Origin: Thermoproteota archaeon
GTDB taxonomy: Archaea > Thermoproteota > Thermoprotei_A > Sulfolobales > Ignisphaeraceae
NCBI GenBank assembly: GCA_030550585.1
Contig: JAUQPB010000001.1
Location: forward strand, 224,001 to 288,000
Direction: 5' to 3'
Length of the DNA: 64,000 nucleotides
Position 1 is the stretch's first letter; every line of letters begins with the position of its first letter. Positions 1 through 11,673 of this stretch are shown here, one piece after another. The translations under genes were made by a program, and so were the position numbers. The notes under the pieces were generated by a model that saw only the letters and a list, made by a program, of their open reading frames with translations, ran no database searches and was not told the origin of the DNA.

Positions 1-2
1 CA

Positions 3-677
3 GGCGTTGGAAAAAGTGTTACTGCAGAAGCTCTGGCAAATGCTCTTGGAAAAAGAGTTGTGAGGATAAATCCTGGTGTATACAGATCGATGTGGTATGG
101 CATGACAGAAAAAATCCTTTCATCAATATTCTCCTCACTAAGAAGAAGAAAAGACATAGTTGTGTTAATCGATGATGCTGATTTTCTCGTCAGCAGATTT
201 AATGCTATACACGAGGCTTTTATAGCTGAGATGAATATTTGGCTAAACATATTGCAAGAAAGACAAAGACCACTTATAATAATGACAACAAATACGCCAG
301 AGGTTATGGATCCAGCGTTAATAAGGCCAGGGAGACTAGACATAGCCATATTCATGGGCTATCCAGACAGAAAAATGAGGGAGAGCATAATATTGAACTT
401 ATGCAGAATTTACAATATCAAGGTGGCAAATGAGACTTTGATTAATGATATTGCATATAGAACAAAATGGTTTAATGCAGCAGAACTCGACTCGCTAGTC
501 AGAATCGCGGCAAGTAAAGGAAAGGGCGTTATAACTGAAGACTCGGTTGAATGGGCTTTAAAGAAGTTCCACATAAACTATAGTGAGAGGAGACTAATTC
601 AGGACAGTATCGAAAGCTATGCATCGAAGATGTCAAATGTTGTGATATCCTATATACCAAAAGAACATGAAATATAG
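3..677 (+). CDS. AAA+ ATPase (Cdc48/FtsH-like), 5' end outside window
   Basis: Frame is open from the window start and includes Walker A remnant GVGKS, Walker B VLIDDAD, and second region of homology TTN..MDPALIRPGRLD. Confidence 0.85.
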   Translation, partial: GVGKSVTAEALANALGKRVVRINPGVYRSMWYGMTEKILSSIFSSLRRRKDIVVLIDDADFLVSRFNAIHEAFIAEMNIWLNILQERQRPLIIMTTNTPEVMDPALIRPGRLDIAIFMGYPDRKMRESIILNLCRIYNIKVANETLINDIAYRTKWFNAAELDSLVRIAASKGKGVITEDSVEWALKKFHINYSERRLIQDSIESYASKMSNVVISYIPKEHEI

Positions 678-701
678 CAATGCAAATCAAATTACCAAAA
701 T

Positions 702-992
702 TCATTCAAAACTATCACTAACCTTAACCTGTATTTCCTGGGGCAAGATATTTAATAGCGAGTCACTAGGCTTCTTCTCGATGACAGCAACAAAAACCAT
801 TGCATCCCCAACATCAACACTATATGCATACCCCTTTTTGATATAGCCACTTTCACCACCCACTATAGAGGATACTATTGCTTTTTCTTTATTTTTCAAT
901 CCTTTAAATCTGATATAATTGTTAAGCGATATTATGAGAGATGCTACTATCAGGAGCATTGTTGAAATTAAGATGATAGTTGTTGACGTCAT
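702..992 (-). CDS. small membrane-anchored hypothetical protein
   Basis: 96-aa ORF with N-terminal hydrophobic helix. Confidence 0.6.
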   Translation of the reverse strand: MTSTTIILISTMLLIVASLIISLNNYIRFKGLKNKEKAIVSSIVGGESGYIKKGYAYSVDVGDAMVFVAVIEKKPSDSLLNILPQEIQVKVSDSFE

Positions 993-1234
993 TTTACTGG
1001 TGGCACCATAAGTATATATTGAAAGTTTTTAACTTATAAAATGGAAGAGAATATAATAGAGTATTACATAGGATCATCGAAAAATATTACCACATCTGTA
1101 TAATACCACTGTATTCCCTAACCTCATCAATTCCACAACTAGTGAACACCCGGTGTTACTGCTTCTAGTGAAACAGGGGTTCTTCCTGTACATGAATTGA
1201 AGATATTAGTTTCGGCCACCACACTCTCTGATAA

Positions 1235-2884
<1,650 letters not shown>

Positions 2885-2923
2885 TTCCGATCTTGCCAAA
2901 GTTTCCGAATTCGTTGGCAATTT

Positions 2924-2984
2924 TAGTGATGAAACTTACAAGGTGTGAGCCTCTATGCGATGATCGATGAACCCGCGACTGAAC
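2924..2984 (+). ncRNA. putative C/D box sRNA
   Basis: GTGATGA (2926-2932), 12 nt, GTGA (D'), ATGATC-like C', CTGA (2979-2982); intergenic. Confidence 0.5.
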
Positions 2985-3006
2985 CAATTATACAGGTGGA
3001 TCAGTC

Positions 3007-4041
3007 TTGACATTAGAGGAGACAAACCTTAGTGCTGAAGAAATACTTGACGAGATTCGTATAGATAAGATATCAGAAAACTCGTTATTCATAGCTAAAA
3101 AATATGGTTATGCACCATACATGATCGAAAGATATATATCAATGCTTGGATATGAAGAGGCTCTAAAGTTGGTTGAGTCTTTCGAGAAATTCAAGAAAAG
3201 ACCTACAATATTATGCAATTATCTGAAGTATGACTGCGACAAACTGATAAAAAATCTTGAAAATCTGGGTTTTAGCGTGAAAAACCTTGAATGGTGCGAC
3301 TACTGCTTCTATATAGATTCTGCACCAGAATCACCTTCTATCGGATCTACACACGAATATCTAAAAGGTTATTACTATGTGTATAGGGATCCTGCATCAC
3401 TAATACCACCACTTATGTTGAACCCGGAAAAAGGTTCAACTGTACTCGATATGTGTGCAGCACCTGGCGGAAAAGCAATCCATATTTTACTGCTGATGGA
3501 AGATGAGGGGCTTCTCATAGCTAATGACATTTCGAGGAGAAGAAGCATTTCAATGCTTTCACACTTTGTTAGAATGGGGTTCAAGTCCTATGTTATAATA
3601 AATGAGGATGGCTTTGAACTTCCTAGAAAAATTGGTTTGGAAAAATTTGATTACATCCTTCTAGACGCTCCTTGTAGCGCCGAGGGAGGCATAATGTTTG
3701 ACCCTAGTAGAAAGACTAAGACTTCTCAACAGGTTCTAGCCCAGCTTGTCAAAAGGGAGATAGAGCTTCTCTATGCCGCTACAAAGCTTGTTAAAAGAGG
3801 TGGTAGAATAGTCTATACTACCTGTAGTATCGCGCCAGAGGAAAACGAGTATGTCATTACAAAGGTTCTGCAATTTAATAGTGAGATAGATGTTGAGGTT
3901 CCACGCTTTAACATATGGTCAAATGGTATAACAAGATTCTCTGATTTGATATTTGATGATAGGGTTGCAAGATGTGTTAGAATTTGGCCTCATAGACATG
4001 GCATGGAGGGTTACTTCATATGCTCTCTTGTTAAAAAATGA
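3007..4041 (+). CDS. RsmB/NOP2-family RNA (cytosine-C5) methyltransferase
   Basis: VLDMCAAPGGK, LLDAPCS and YTTCSIAPEENE motifs. Confidence 0.93.
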   Translation: MTLEETNLSAEEILDEIRIDKISENSLFIAKKYGYAPYMIERYISMLGYEEALKLVESFEKFKKRPTILCNYLKYDCDKLIKNLENLGFSVKNLEWCDYCFYIDSAPESPSIGSTHEYLKGYYYVYRDPASLIPPLMLNPEKGSTVLDMCAAPGGKAIHILLLMEDEGLLIANDISRRRSISMLSHFVRMGFKSYVIINEDGFELPRKIGLEKFDYILLDAPCSAEGGIMFDPSRKTKTSQQVLAQLVKREIELLYAATKLVKRGGRIVYTTCSIAPEENEYVITKVLQFNSEIDVEVPRFNIWSNGITRFSDLIFDDRVARCVRIWPHRHGMEGYFICSLVKK

Positions 4042-4128
4042 GTCAAATTCAAGATAAGATTTATATACTTGGAATTGGAAAGGTTGTATAATACTTTAAA
4101 ATAATTATGAAATGTATGGCGACGTAGT

Positions 4129-5481
4129 ATGAAGTTCGATGTTGTTGTTGTTGGCGGTGGTGTTGGAGGTCTTTACGCATCTTACGCCCTTGCTAAAAAA
4201 GGTTTTAAGGTTGCATTAATCGAGATGAAGGACGAAAAAAACATTGGAGACAAGGTTTGTGGAGATGCCATCGGCGAGCACCACTTTATTGAACTGGGGC
4301 TTGAGCCGCCTGTGCCAGGTTTTGATAAAGATCATGAGTATGATGGTGTTGTGCTATTCTCTCCAGATGAGCAACATAAAATTTTTGTTGAGGGAAGAGG
4401 TTACTCCATCAACAGGAAAAACTTTGGGTTGAAACTATATAGGATGGCTATAAACAATGGAGTTGAAGCGTATCTAGAACACTTCTTTGTCAAGCCAATA
4501 GTTAGTGGCTCAAAAGTTGATGGGATTGTGGCGAAGGATAAAAATGGATTTGAAAAGGAGTTCGAGGCAAAGGTTGTAATTGATGCAACAGGCGTTGCCT
4601 CTGCTGTTAGGAGGAGCCTGCCACGCGAGTGGTGGGTGTCTGTGGAAATACCTAAAGAAGATTATAATATTACATATAGAGAGGTTGTTGTGGGAGATAT
4701 TGATCTGGACAACAAATATGCATATATATACTTGAATGTTGATGTTGCACCTGGAGGCTATTGGTGGCTGTTCCCAAAGGGAGGGGGTGTCTACAATATA
4801 GGGCTTGGAGTTCAGTGGAAGGAGGGCGCACCAAATCCGAGAACACAGTATGTCAAATACATCATGAATAAGCTTGGAAATAGAGTATCAGAGGTTATTC
4901 ATAGCGGAGGTGGCCTTGTCCCAACAAGAAGACCAATACCGTGTATGGTGTGGAATGGGTTTGTGGTTATAGGTGATGCAGCTGCAACTGCCAATCCTGT
5001 GCATGGCGGTGGGATAGGCTCGGCAATGCTAAGCGCCAAGACGGTAGCTGAAGCAATTACTGAGGCGTTGGATAAAGGCGATGCAACTATGGAAAACCTT
5101 TGGAGCTATCACATCAAATTCCATAAGGTTTATGGAGCAAAGCAGGCCTCATTAGACATTCTAAGGATGTTCCTTCAGAGAATGAGTAATAGCGACCTGA
5201 ATTTTGTATTTAGATCGAATCTTGTTAACGGTTCTGAGGTATATGACATGGGTTCTAAAGGCGATTTAAGCATCTCTATCATAAATAGAGTGAAGAGCTT
5301 TTTAACGTTAGCGTCGAGACCATCATTTCTAGCAAAACTGTATAGGCTAAAACAGTTTATGGATAGAGCAAAGGAGCTCTACCTTAACTACCCATCATCG
5401 CCAAGCGGATACCTCAACTGGTTAGCAGAAGAGCAGAGGCTTTTCGATGAATATAGAAAGTGGCTAGCAGAAAAGATGTGA
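4129..5481 (+). CDS. digeranylgeranylglycerophospholipid (geranylgeranyl) reductase
   Basis: GGGVGG FAD motif, KVCGDA, PGGYWWLFP, GDAA..NPVHGGGI. Confidence 0.93.
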   Translation: MKFDVVVVGGGVGGLYASYALAKKGFKVALIEMKDEKNIGDKVCGDAIGEHHFIELGLEPPVPGFDKDHEYDGVVLFSPDEQHKIFVEGRGYSINRKNFGLKLYRMAINNGVEAYLEHFFVKPIVSGSKVDGIVAKDKNGFEKEFEAKVVIDATGVASAVRRSLPREWWVSVEIPKEDYNITYREVVVGDIDLDNKYAYIYLNVDVAPGGYWWLFPKGGGVYNIGLGVQWKEGAPNPRTQYVKYIMNKLGNRVSEVIHSGGGLVPTRRPIPCMVWNGFVVIGDAAATANPVHGGGIGSAMLSAKTVAEAITEALDKGDATMENLWSYHIKFHKVYGAKQASLDILRMFLQRMSNSDLNFVFRSNLVNGSEVYDMGSKGDLSISIINRVKSFLTLASRPSFLAKLYRLKQFMDRAKELYLNYPSSPSGYLNWLAEEQRLFDEYRKWLAEKM

Positions 5482-5544
5482 TATCTCATTTTATCTCACT
5501 ACACCATGTTTTAATGGTGTACTTGCATAGGTGTCCATGTCTAG

Positions 5545-6378
5545 ATGAATCTCAAGAGCGTTAAGGCATGGTTAAGCATAATAAGAATTGGAAACAGCAT
5601 AGCACTTGGGATAGCTGCAGTTGTGGGTTACATTGTTGGTGGAGGTATGAATGTCTATGAAGCTGCCAAGACATTTCTCGCAGCGTTTTTCATTGGTGGC
5701 GGAGGTAATATAATAAATGATTACTTTGATAGAGAGGTTGACGCTATTAATAAACCTTGGAGGCCAATACCATCTGGATTAATAAAGCCTTTTGAGGCAT
5801 ATGTGGCCGCATTAATGTTTTTCTTAATAGGTTTTGCCATAGCGCTGTCCTCTTCATATTTCGCGGGGATTGTAGCTCTTCTTGCAATAGTACTTGTTTA
5901 CTTCTATTCCTATAGTCTCAAACGTGTTCTTCTAGTAGGCAACATATCAATCGCATTTTTAACTGCATTAAGCATAGTATATGGCTCTCTATTCAGCTCT
6001 GTAAATATTCATGTTTTTTTAGCAGCCACCTACGCCTTCTTGTTCAACTTGGGCAGAGAGTTTCTAAAGGGTATAGAAGATGTTGAAGGTGATAAAAGAT
6101 TTGGTATAAAGACTTTGGCAACAGTATATGGAGTTGTAGTAGCCTTCAAAGCCTCGGCACTGATCTACGGTGTTCTGCTTGCAGTAAGTTTGCTACCAAT
6201 AGCCATACTCAGATACAGCATTGTATACACGTTACTAGCGCTCGTAGTAGACGCTGTTATCATATATTCAATTCTAAATGCAAAAACTCTTAGACCTGCT
6301 GATGCACTAAGATCAACCCGCGTTCTGAAGATTGCTGCTTTTGCTGGACTTTTTGCATTTCTTTTCCACAGCATATAG
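5545..6378 (+). CDS. DGGGP synthase (UbiA prenyltransferase)
   Basis: NDYFDREVDAINKPWRPIPSG and REFLKGIEDVEGD motifs; multiple TM helices. Confidence 0.92.
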   Translation: MNLKSVKAWLSIIRIGNSIALGIAAVVGYIVGGGMNVYEAAKTFLAAFFIGGGGNIINDYFDREVDAINKPWRPIPSGLIKPFEAYVAALMFFLIGFAIALSSSYFAGIVALLAIVLVYFYSYSLKRVLLVGNISIAFLTALSIVYGSLFSSVNIHVFLAATYAFLFNLGREFLKGIEDVEGDKRFGIKTLATVYGVVVAFKASALIYGVLLAVSLLPIAILRYSIVYTLLALVVDAVIIYSILNAKTLRPADALRSTRVLKIAAFAGLFAFLFHSI

Positions 6379-6426
6379 CTTAAGCCTCTAGCATAGAGAG
6401 AGTCAAGGCTTTGCCAATTGAAGGTT

Positions 6427-6960
6427 TTACAGTAGATCCTCTTTCACATTGCTGACAGCATTTATGTAAAGTCCTAGCATATAGAGTAGATCTGATAATC
6501 TGTTTAGATATATATACGTTGTTTTATCGAGCACCCCATCTCTAAGCAGTTTAACAGCCCTACGCTCAACCCTCCTACAAACAGCCCTTAGAAAATGTAT
6601 AAGCGCTGAGCTAAGAGACGAACCTGGAACAACAAATTTTGTTGGAAGAGCAACCCTATCGGAAAAATCGTTTATCAGCTTCTCAATCGAGGCTAGATCA
6701 TTATCATCTATCGGAGAAGCCATTCTACCCATAGAAGCCACATAACTTGCTATAAACATGAGCTTTCTCTGTATCCTGTCCAACAATTCAACTATATCAA
6801 GAACTTTGGATTCGCTCAAATATGCCTTTACCACACCCATTAATGAAACAAGCTCATCTAGTTCGCCTATGAATTCAATCACCGGTGAGTCCTTGGAAAC
6901 ACGCTGGCCAACAACATCTGTATAGCCATCATCTCCTCTATGAGCATATTTAAAAACCAT
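6427..6960 (-). CDS. PduO-type ATP:cob(I)alamin adenosyltransferase
   Basis: GDDGYT, RVSKD, GELDEL, RAVCRRVER and YLNRLSDLL; start taken at ATG 6960. Confidence 0.92.
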   Translation of the reverse strand: MVFKYAHRGDDGYTDVVGQRVSKDSPVIEFIGELDELVSLMGVVKAYLSESKVLDIVELLDRIQRKLMFIASYVASMGRMASPIDDNDLASIEKLINDFSDRVALPTKFVVPGSSLSSALIHFLRAVCRRVERRAVKLLRDGVLDKTTYIYLNRLSDLLYMLGLYINAVSNVKEDLL

Positions 6961-7186
6961 GTCAATTCGCCTAGTAGCGACTTTATTGCTAAAAATCCAT
7001 ACTTTATAAACATTTCTATAGTGAAAAACGATATTGTTTATCACATCCTAGATCGCCGCATATAGTGTTTTTAGCAACTATGATTGCATGCAATTATTTT
7101 TAGCTCTACCATCATCTATACATTATGTACTAAACATGGTACATAAGACAATCTGCAGAGTCTCCATGTTTACGTCGTAGTTATGT

Positions 7187-7501
7187 CTATTTTTCAGCAT
7201 TTGACGCTAAGTATCTATCCAAGTAACTGATTTCTTCGTTTACATATCTATAGAGTAGATCTCCTATGCTATACCCACAGTAGTTGCATTTCCAATGTTT
7301 TATCAAATCGATTTCGTTAACCATTGCCATAACTGTGTAGGAGTTTTTCTTGAAGCATACAGGACACTCAATCTCTAGTTCAAGGTAGACCCACTTCTCT
7401 ATCAGGTCTAGCCAGAGAAGCTTTATAGGAGAGATCTCGAAGAAATATTGTGGAATTTCTATCTCGTAATCGTCCATGCCGCAACACTGTGGTGGTAACA
7501 A
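7187..7501 (-). CDS. small Zn-finger hypothetical protein
   Basis: CPVC and CNYC pairs. Confidence 0.6.
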   Translation of the reverse strand: MLPPQCCGMDDYEIEIPQYFFEISPIKLLWLDLIEKWVYLELEIECPVCFKKNSYTVMAMVNEIDLIKHWKCNYCGYSIGDLLYRYVNEEISYLDRYLASNAEK

Positions 7502-7540
7502 AATACACGCTATATTTTTGTTTAGATATCTGGGGGTTAA

Positions 7541-8558
7541 ATGTCTCTAAGCAAATATCTTATTACAAGTTCTACCATTGCTTTTTTGTACACTATCTCT
7601 AGAAAAGGAAATTTTTCTGAGCACATTAGAGCATTAGAGATTGTCAACATCGATGATGTGCAAAGACTCTGTTTCTTGCTTAGAAAATACATTGAATCGC
7701 TGTCATCATTGAAAATGGAGAGGTGTTTGGCTACACCATTAATTGGTGTAGCACCATTTCTTGCAAGAAAATATGGTTTAAAGCTCATCACAAACCAAAT
7801 TATGGTTATTGCTAAAAGACCTCTACCTACAGACCCTCATTGCATAAACTGCCTAGCTTTTGATTCTAGTACATGGATAACAAAAATCTTTAGAGTCTTG
7901 AGCAAATGTCTTAAAGTTAGTGAAATACCGATAAGATTTGCTGTATACTATGACCCTGTTGATCAGTGGCCATTGCTGTTAAATTATATACCCATTATAA
8001 TATCGCTTGATTTCAACTCTTTAATGAGTATTAACAGATGTAGGGAAACACACATAGCTCAATTCACAAATTATAGGCTATTCAAAGGTTTGCTACACGA
8101 TGTTGAATCTGTTGAGAGCGTGGTTATAACCCCTCATAAAATAGATGAAAGCTACTTTCAAAACGGAGACTGCAGCCCTATCACATGTTTGGATCCTTCC
8201 AAAAATACACACTACTCTTATGACTCGGAATACAATTTTTTTCGAGGAACATTTCCCAAGGAATAGCAAAGAAAATGACAACATCGACACGCTAATCATG
8301 GAGTTTTGGAGTTCTCGCATATTCTTTGAAGAGATGAACAGAAAGCTAATGTATATCTGGTCTTTTAAACCAATGCAACATGTTATCACACAAATGGTAG
8401 ATAAAATTAAAGGTATTCGAGTAAAGGAAATCAAAATTGTATTACCACACAAATCCGTTGCCGAGCTCGGGGCTACACATAACGATAGAATCTGGTTATC
8501 AAGCATAATAAAAAACATTATAATGAGCTCCAAACCCAAGGTAATGCTAGTCTCATAG
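7541..8558 (+). CDS. hypothetical protein, probably one gene split into ORFs 7541-8266 and ~8240-8558
   Basis: Overlapping ORFs that join if the T7 run at 8236-8242 is T6. Confidence 0.4.
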
Positions 8559-8741
8559 CTATCAGTGAGGTTCAAAATCATCATGTTATCAGAGCTGAGC
8601 GCCTCATCACAAAACTTTAGTATTGCCCCACGCCTTTGTTTCAACATGTATAGCCTAAAATGTTTTTAAATACTATAAGATATCTTATCTCTTGGAATGA
8701 TTTGTGACAGGCTAAACTAAGTCTCTAAAGCATTTGTCGCG

Positions 8742-9641
8742 GTGATTATAATGATTTCCATGGCTTATATGGGACTACGAGAAATACTCAATAGCCTAGA
8801 CGATCCAAAAAATCTAATCTTTTTGGAACCTCTTGTGAAAGATGTTGTAGAGTATTACATGGAGCAGTTGCTTAGGGATGGTCTCATCAAATCTTGTGGA
8901 GATGGATATCACATAGATATTGAAGCTATTGAAAAACTTGTAGATTCTAATCCACAGATGGAGTATCTGCAAACAAGTCAATATCATCATATTGGATTCG
9001 CTGTGCCAAGTTTCCTCGAGTTTGCGTATAGAATACGCCACAAAGATAAGGTTATTGTGCAGGAGCCGGGGCTTACATCAGCATTTGTATTCTATGTCAG
9101 GAATCTTTTAAACTATTTGTGCAAGATGAAACCCGAGATTATTTTCATTGTTGACACAATACTAGATAAAATCGTCGATAAAAATGGCGAGCTTCTATAT
9201 GGATACAAGGACATGTACATGATAGAATCATACATGTTCTTATCAGATGCATGTAGCAATGTATTGCTGTATGTGAAAGACTTGAGAAAAACTGAAAAAT
9301 TGATTGCGAAGATCCTAAATGAGTCGGACAATATCGGTATCGCAATAGATATTGAAGGCGTGACTAAAAAAGGTATGCCAGCTAATATTGTGGATATAAT
9401 TAAGAGCAGAGTTAAGAGGCCAGCCATAGGAACTGTCATACCTATGCAAGCACAAAAATATGTAGGCGACGGTGAGAAGAGATCTCTGCAAAAGCTATTC
9501 AGCATATATGGAGATGATATGATCGTTATACTGGCAAACACAAGACCAATCACAGAGCCTCTCGCAGAGAAACTAGAGCCAGATTCAATACGCAGATTTA
9601 TAAACTATATAGAGGAGATCCTCAGTCAAGCGAGGTTTTAG
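8742..9641 (+). CDS. hypothetical protein (possibly a degenerate OMP-decarboxylase-like TIM barrel)
   Basis: 299-aa ORF with host-like composition; weak motif resemblance only. Confidence 0.6.
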   Translation: MIIMISMAYMGLREILNSLDDPKNLIFLEPLVKDVVEYYMEQLLRDGLIKSCGDGYHIDIEAIEKLVDSNPQMEYLQTSQYHHIGFAVPSFLEFAYRIRHKDKVIVQEPGLTSAFVFYVRNLLNYLCKMKPEIIFIVDTILDKIVDKNGELLYGYKDMYMIESYMFLSDACSNVLLYVKDLRKTEKLIAKILNESDNIGIAIDIEGVTKKGMPANIVDIIKSRVKRPAIGTVIPMQAQKYVGDGEKRSLQKLFSIYGDDMIVILANTRPITEPLAEKLEPDSIRRFINYIEEILSQARF

Positions 9642-9646
9642 AAACT

Positions 9647-9907
9647 ATGAAAAAGGTTATTGTAAAACCTATTGGGTTCAAAGATCTGCAAGATAGGTAT
9701 ATGGAGATTTTGCTAGATGAAAACTCAACCATTTCTCAGCTTGTCAACAAATTTCTTCAGGTAATGAGCGTGTCTGAAATGAATGGAGATGAAATTATAG
9801 TGATGTGCAATAACAAACAGCTCTACCCCGATGATAAAGTCCCTGAAGATTGCCAAACAATTGAGTTATTCCCATTTGCTAGTGGGGGTAAAACACTTTT
9901 ATATTAA
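9647..9907 (+). CDS. MoaD/ThiS/SAMP ubiquitin-like protein
   Basis: Beta-grasp size; IELFPFASGG motif followed by KTLLY. Confidence 0.8.
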   Translation: MKKVIVKPIGFKDLQDRYMEILLDENSTISQLVNKFLQVMSVSEMNGDEIIVMCNNKQLYPDDKVPEDCQTIELFPFASGGKTLLY

Positions 9908-9928
9908 TGACTTGCACCGTGGTTAGAT

Positions 9929-10744
9929 ATGTCCAACCAGATCAACGTAGATCTTAAAAAAGTTCTTGGAAAAACAGGTGTGAAGGTTTCTCCAATAGGT
10001 TTTGGAACCCTTAATATAAGGGATTTCATAAACGCTGAGAAAGCGATGTTGAAAGCGGTTGAATATGGCATAAACATATTCGAAGTCTCAGAAACATATG
10101 CAAATGGGCTGGCTTTAGACTATTTTGGAAGATTTCTTGCTAAGATTAAAAGAGAGGATGTTTTCATAGTATTTAGAGCCTCGCCACTAATTCTAGCTGA
10201 TCCAGACAGTTTTGAGACAAAATTCAACAAGTTTCTTCAAAAAATGAACACCTCATATGTCGATGCCTTAATGATCGGCTGGTACGAAGATGCAATACCG
10301 TTGGAGACACAGCTAACATCTTTAGAGAGGGCTGCTGAGAGAGGCTATGCTAAGTTTATCGGGGTAAGCGGTTTTAAAGTCAAGCAGATTGCCAGAGTTT
10401 TGAACATGCCAAAGAAGTATGAAATTTCTTTGATTCAGAACAGATATAATGTGATGGACAAGCGCATAGAAAAAGATGTGCTACCATTTGCCATGAAAAA
10501 CAACATCGCTGTGCTAGCCTGTTCAGCTCTTGACGGAGGTCAGGCGATTCGACAGCCAGTAGTTATGCGTATTGCAAGCAAGTATAATGCAACTGGGGCC
10601 CAAATCGCTCTAAGCTATGTTATTTCAAACCCGAATGTCGTTGCTCTTGTAAAAAGCGAGAATATAGATCATGTAGTTGAGGATGTCACAGCCTCCAAGA
10701 CCGTGTTGAAAGAAGAAGATTTAAGTGCTCTAAGGTCAATGTAG
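9929..10744 (+). CDS. aldo/keto reductase
   Basis: LGKTGVKVSPIGFGT, FIGVSGF, QNRYN and AQIALSY. Confidence 0.9.
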   Translation: MSNQINVDLKKVLGKTGVKVSPIGFGTLNIRDFINAEKAMLKAVEYGINIFEVSETYANGLALDYFGRFLAKIKREDVFIVFRASPLILADPDSFETKFNKFLQKMNTSYVDALMIGWYEDAIPLETQLTSLERAAERGYAKFIGVSGFKVKQIARVLNMPKKYEISLIQNRYNVMDKRIEKDVLPFAMKNNIAVLACSALDGGQAIRQPVVMRIASKYNATGAQIALSYVISNPNVVALVKSENIDHVVEDVTASKTVLKEEDLSALRSM

Positions 10745-10761
10745 TGGTAGAGTGATGAGAT

Positions 10762-11670
10762 TTGAACAGAGATGGAGATACTATTAGAGAGCCGCAAGCC
10801 GCTGCATGGGGTTTTTACCCATTCAATAAGAGCCAGCTTATAAAAGAATTGGAAAGAGCTTTCACAAACACTAGATTTGGTCCAGGGGCTCTTCCAAGCA
10901 AAAAACAAGGTGGATTAACAATCATTGGCGGTGTTGTGCCACATGCTGGCTATAGCTATTCGGCTTCCTGTGCAGCATGGTTCTACAAGGAGCTTGCCGA
11001 AAATAAGCCGACTATAGAAACTGTTATTCTTCTTGGAACAAATCATACAGGTTTTGGAAAGACGATAACAACATCAACTTATTACATCACGTGGGCAACA
11101 CCGCTTGGAGCTGTGAATATTGATGTCGAGTTCATCAATAAATTGAAGAAGGAGTACCCACCTCTAGATGATGATGCACTTGCCCATACTAGAGAACACT
11201 CATTAGAAGTTCAACTCCCATTCCTACAGTATGTATACGGGGACAAGTTCAGAATAGTGCCCATAGTAGTAAAGGATCTTACTCATCAAGAGGCTAGAGA
11301 TTTTGCCGAGGCATTGAAAAGAGTTGTAGATGATCTAAAAAGAGATGCTATAGTTATAGCATCATCTGACTTCACACACCACGGCTCTATATATGGTTAT
11401 GTTCTTTTCAATTCAAACATATCTCAAAGTGTTAGAGAATTGGATAAGAGGTTTATAGACGCTATAACAGAGCTTGATACAAGAAGGTTCCTCAAATTGA
11501 TAGAAGATTACAATGCAACTGTATGCGGATTTGGAGCAATAGCTATTGCTATGGAGTATACAAAGCTATTGAATGGAAAGGCAAAGCTATTGAAGTATTA
11601 TCACTCAGCTGATGTTACAGGAGACGAAGATGTTGTTGTTGGATATGCATCAATATTGTTCTACAAATAA
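10762..11670 (+). CDS. MEMO1 family / AmmeMemoRadiSam protein B
   Basis: PHAGYSYS, EHSLEVQLPFLQ, ASSDFTH, TVCG and VGYAS. Confidence 0.95.
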   Translation: MNRDGDTIREPQAAAWGFYPFNKSQLIKELERAFTNTRFGPGALPSKKQGGLTIIGGVVPHAGYSYSASCAAWFYKELAENKPTIETVILLGTNHTGFGKTITTSTYYITWATPLGAVNIDVEFINKLKKEYPPLDDDALAHTREHSLEVQLPFLQYVYGDKFRIVPIVVKDLTHQEARDFAEALKRVVDDLKRDAIVIASSDFTHHGSIYGYVLFNSNISQSVRELDKRFIDAITELDTRRFLKLIEDYNATVCGFGAIAIAMEYTKLLNGKAKLLKYYHSADVTGDEDVVVGYASILFYK

Positions 11671-11673
11671 GAA

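Noticed and set aside
1140-1232. possible C/D sRNA upstream of pyrG (TTGAAGA..CTGA)
   Set aside because: No convincing box C and guide spacing too long
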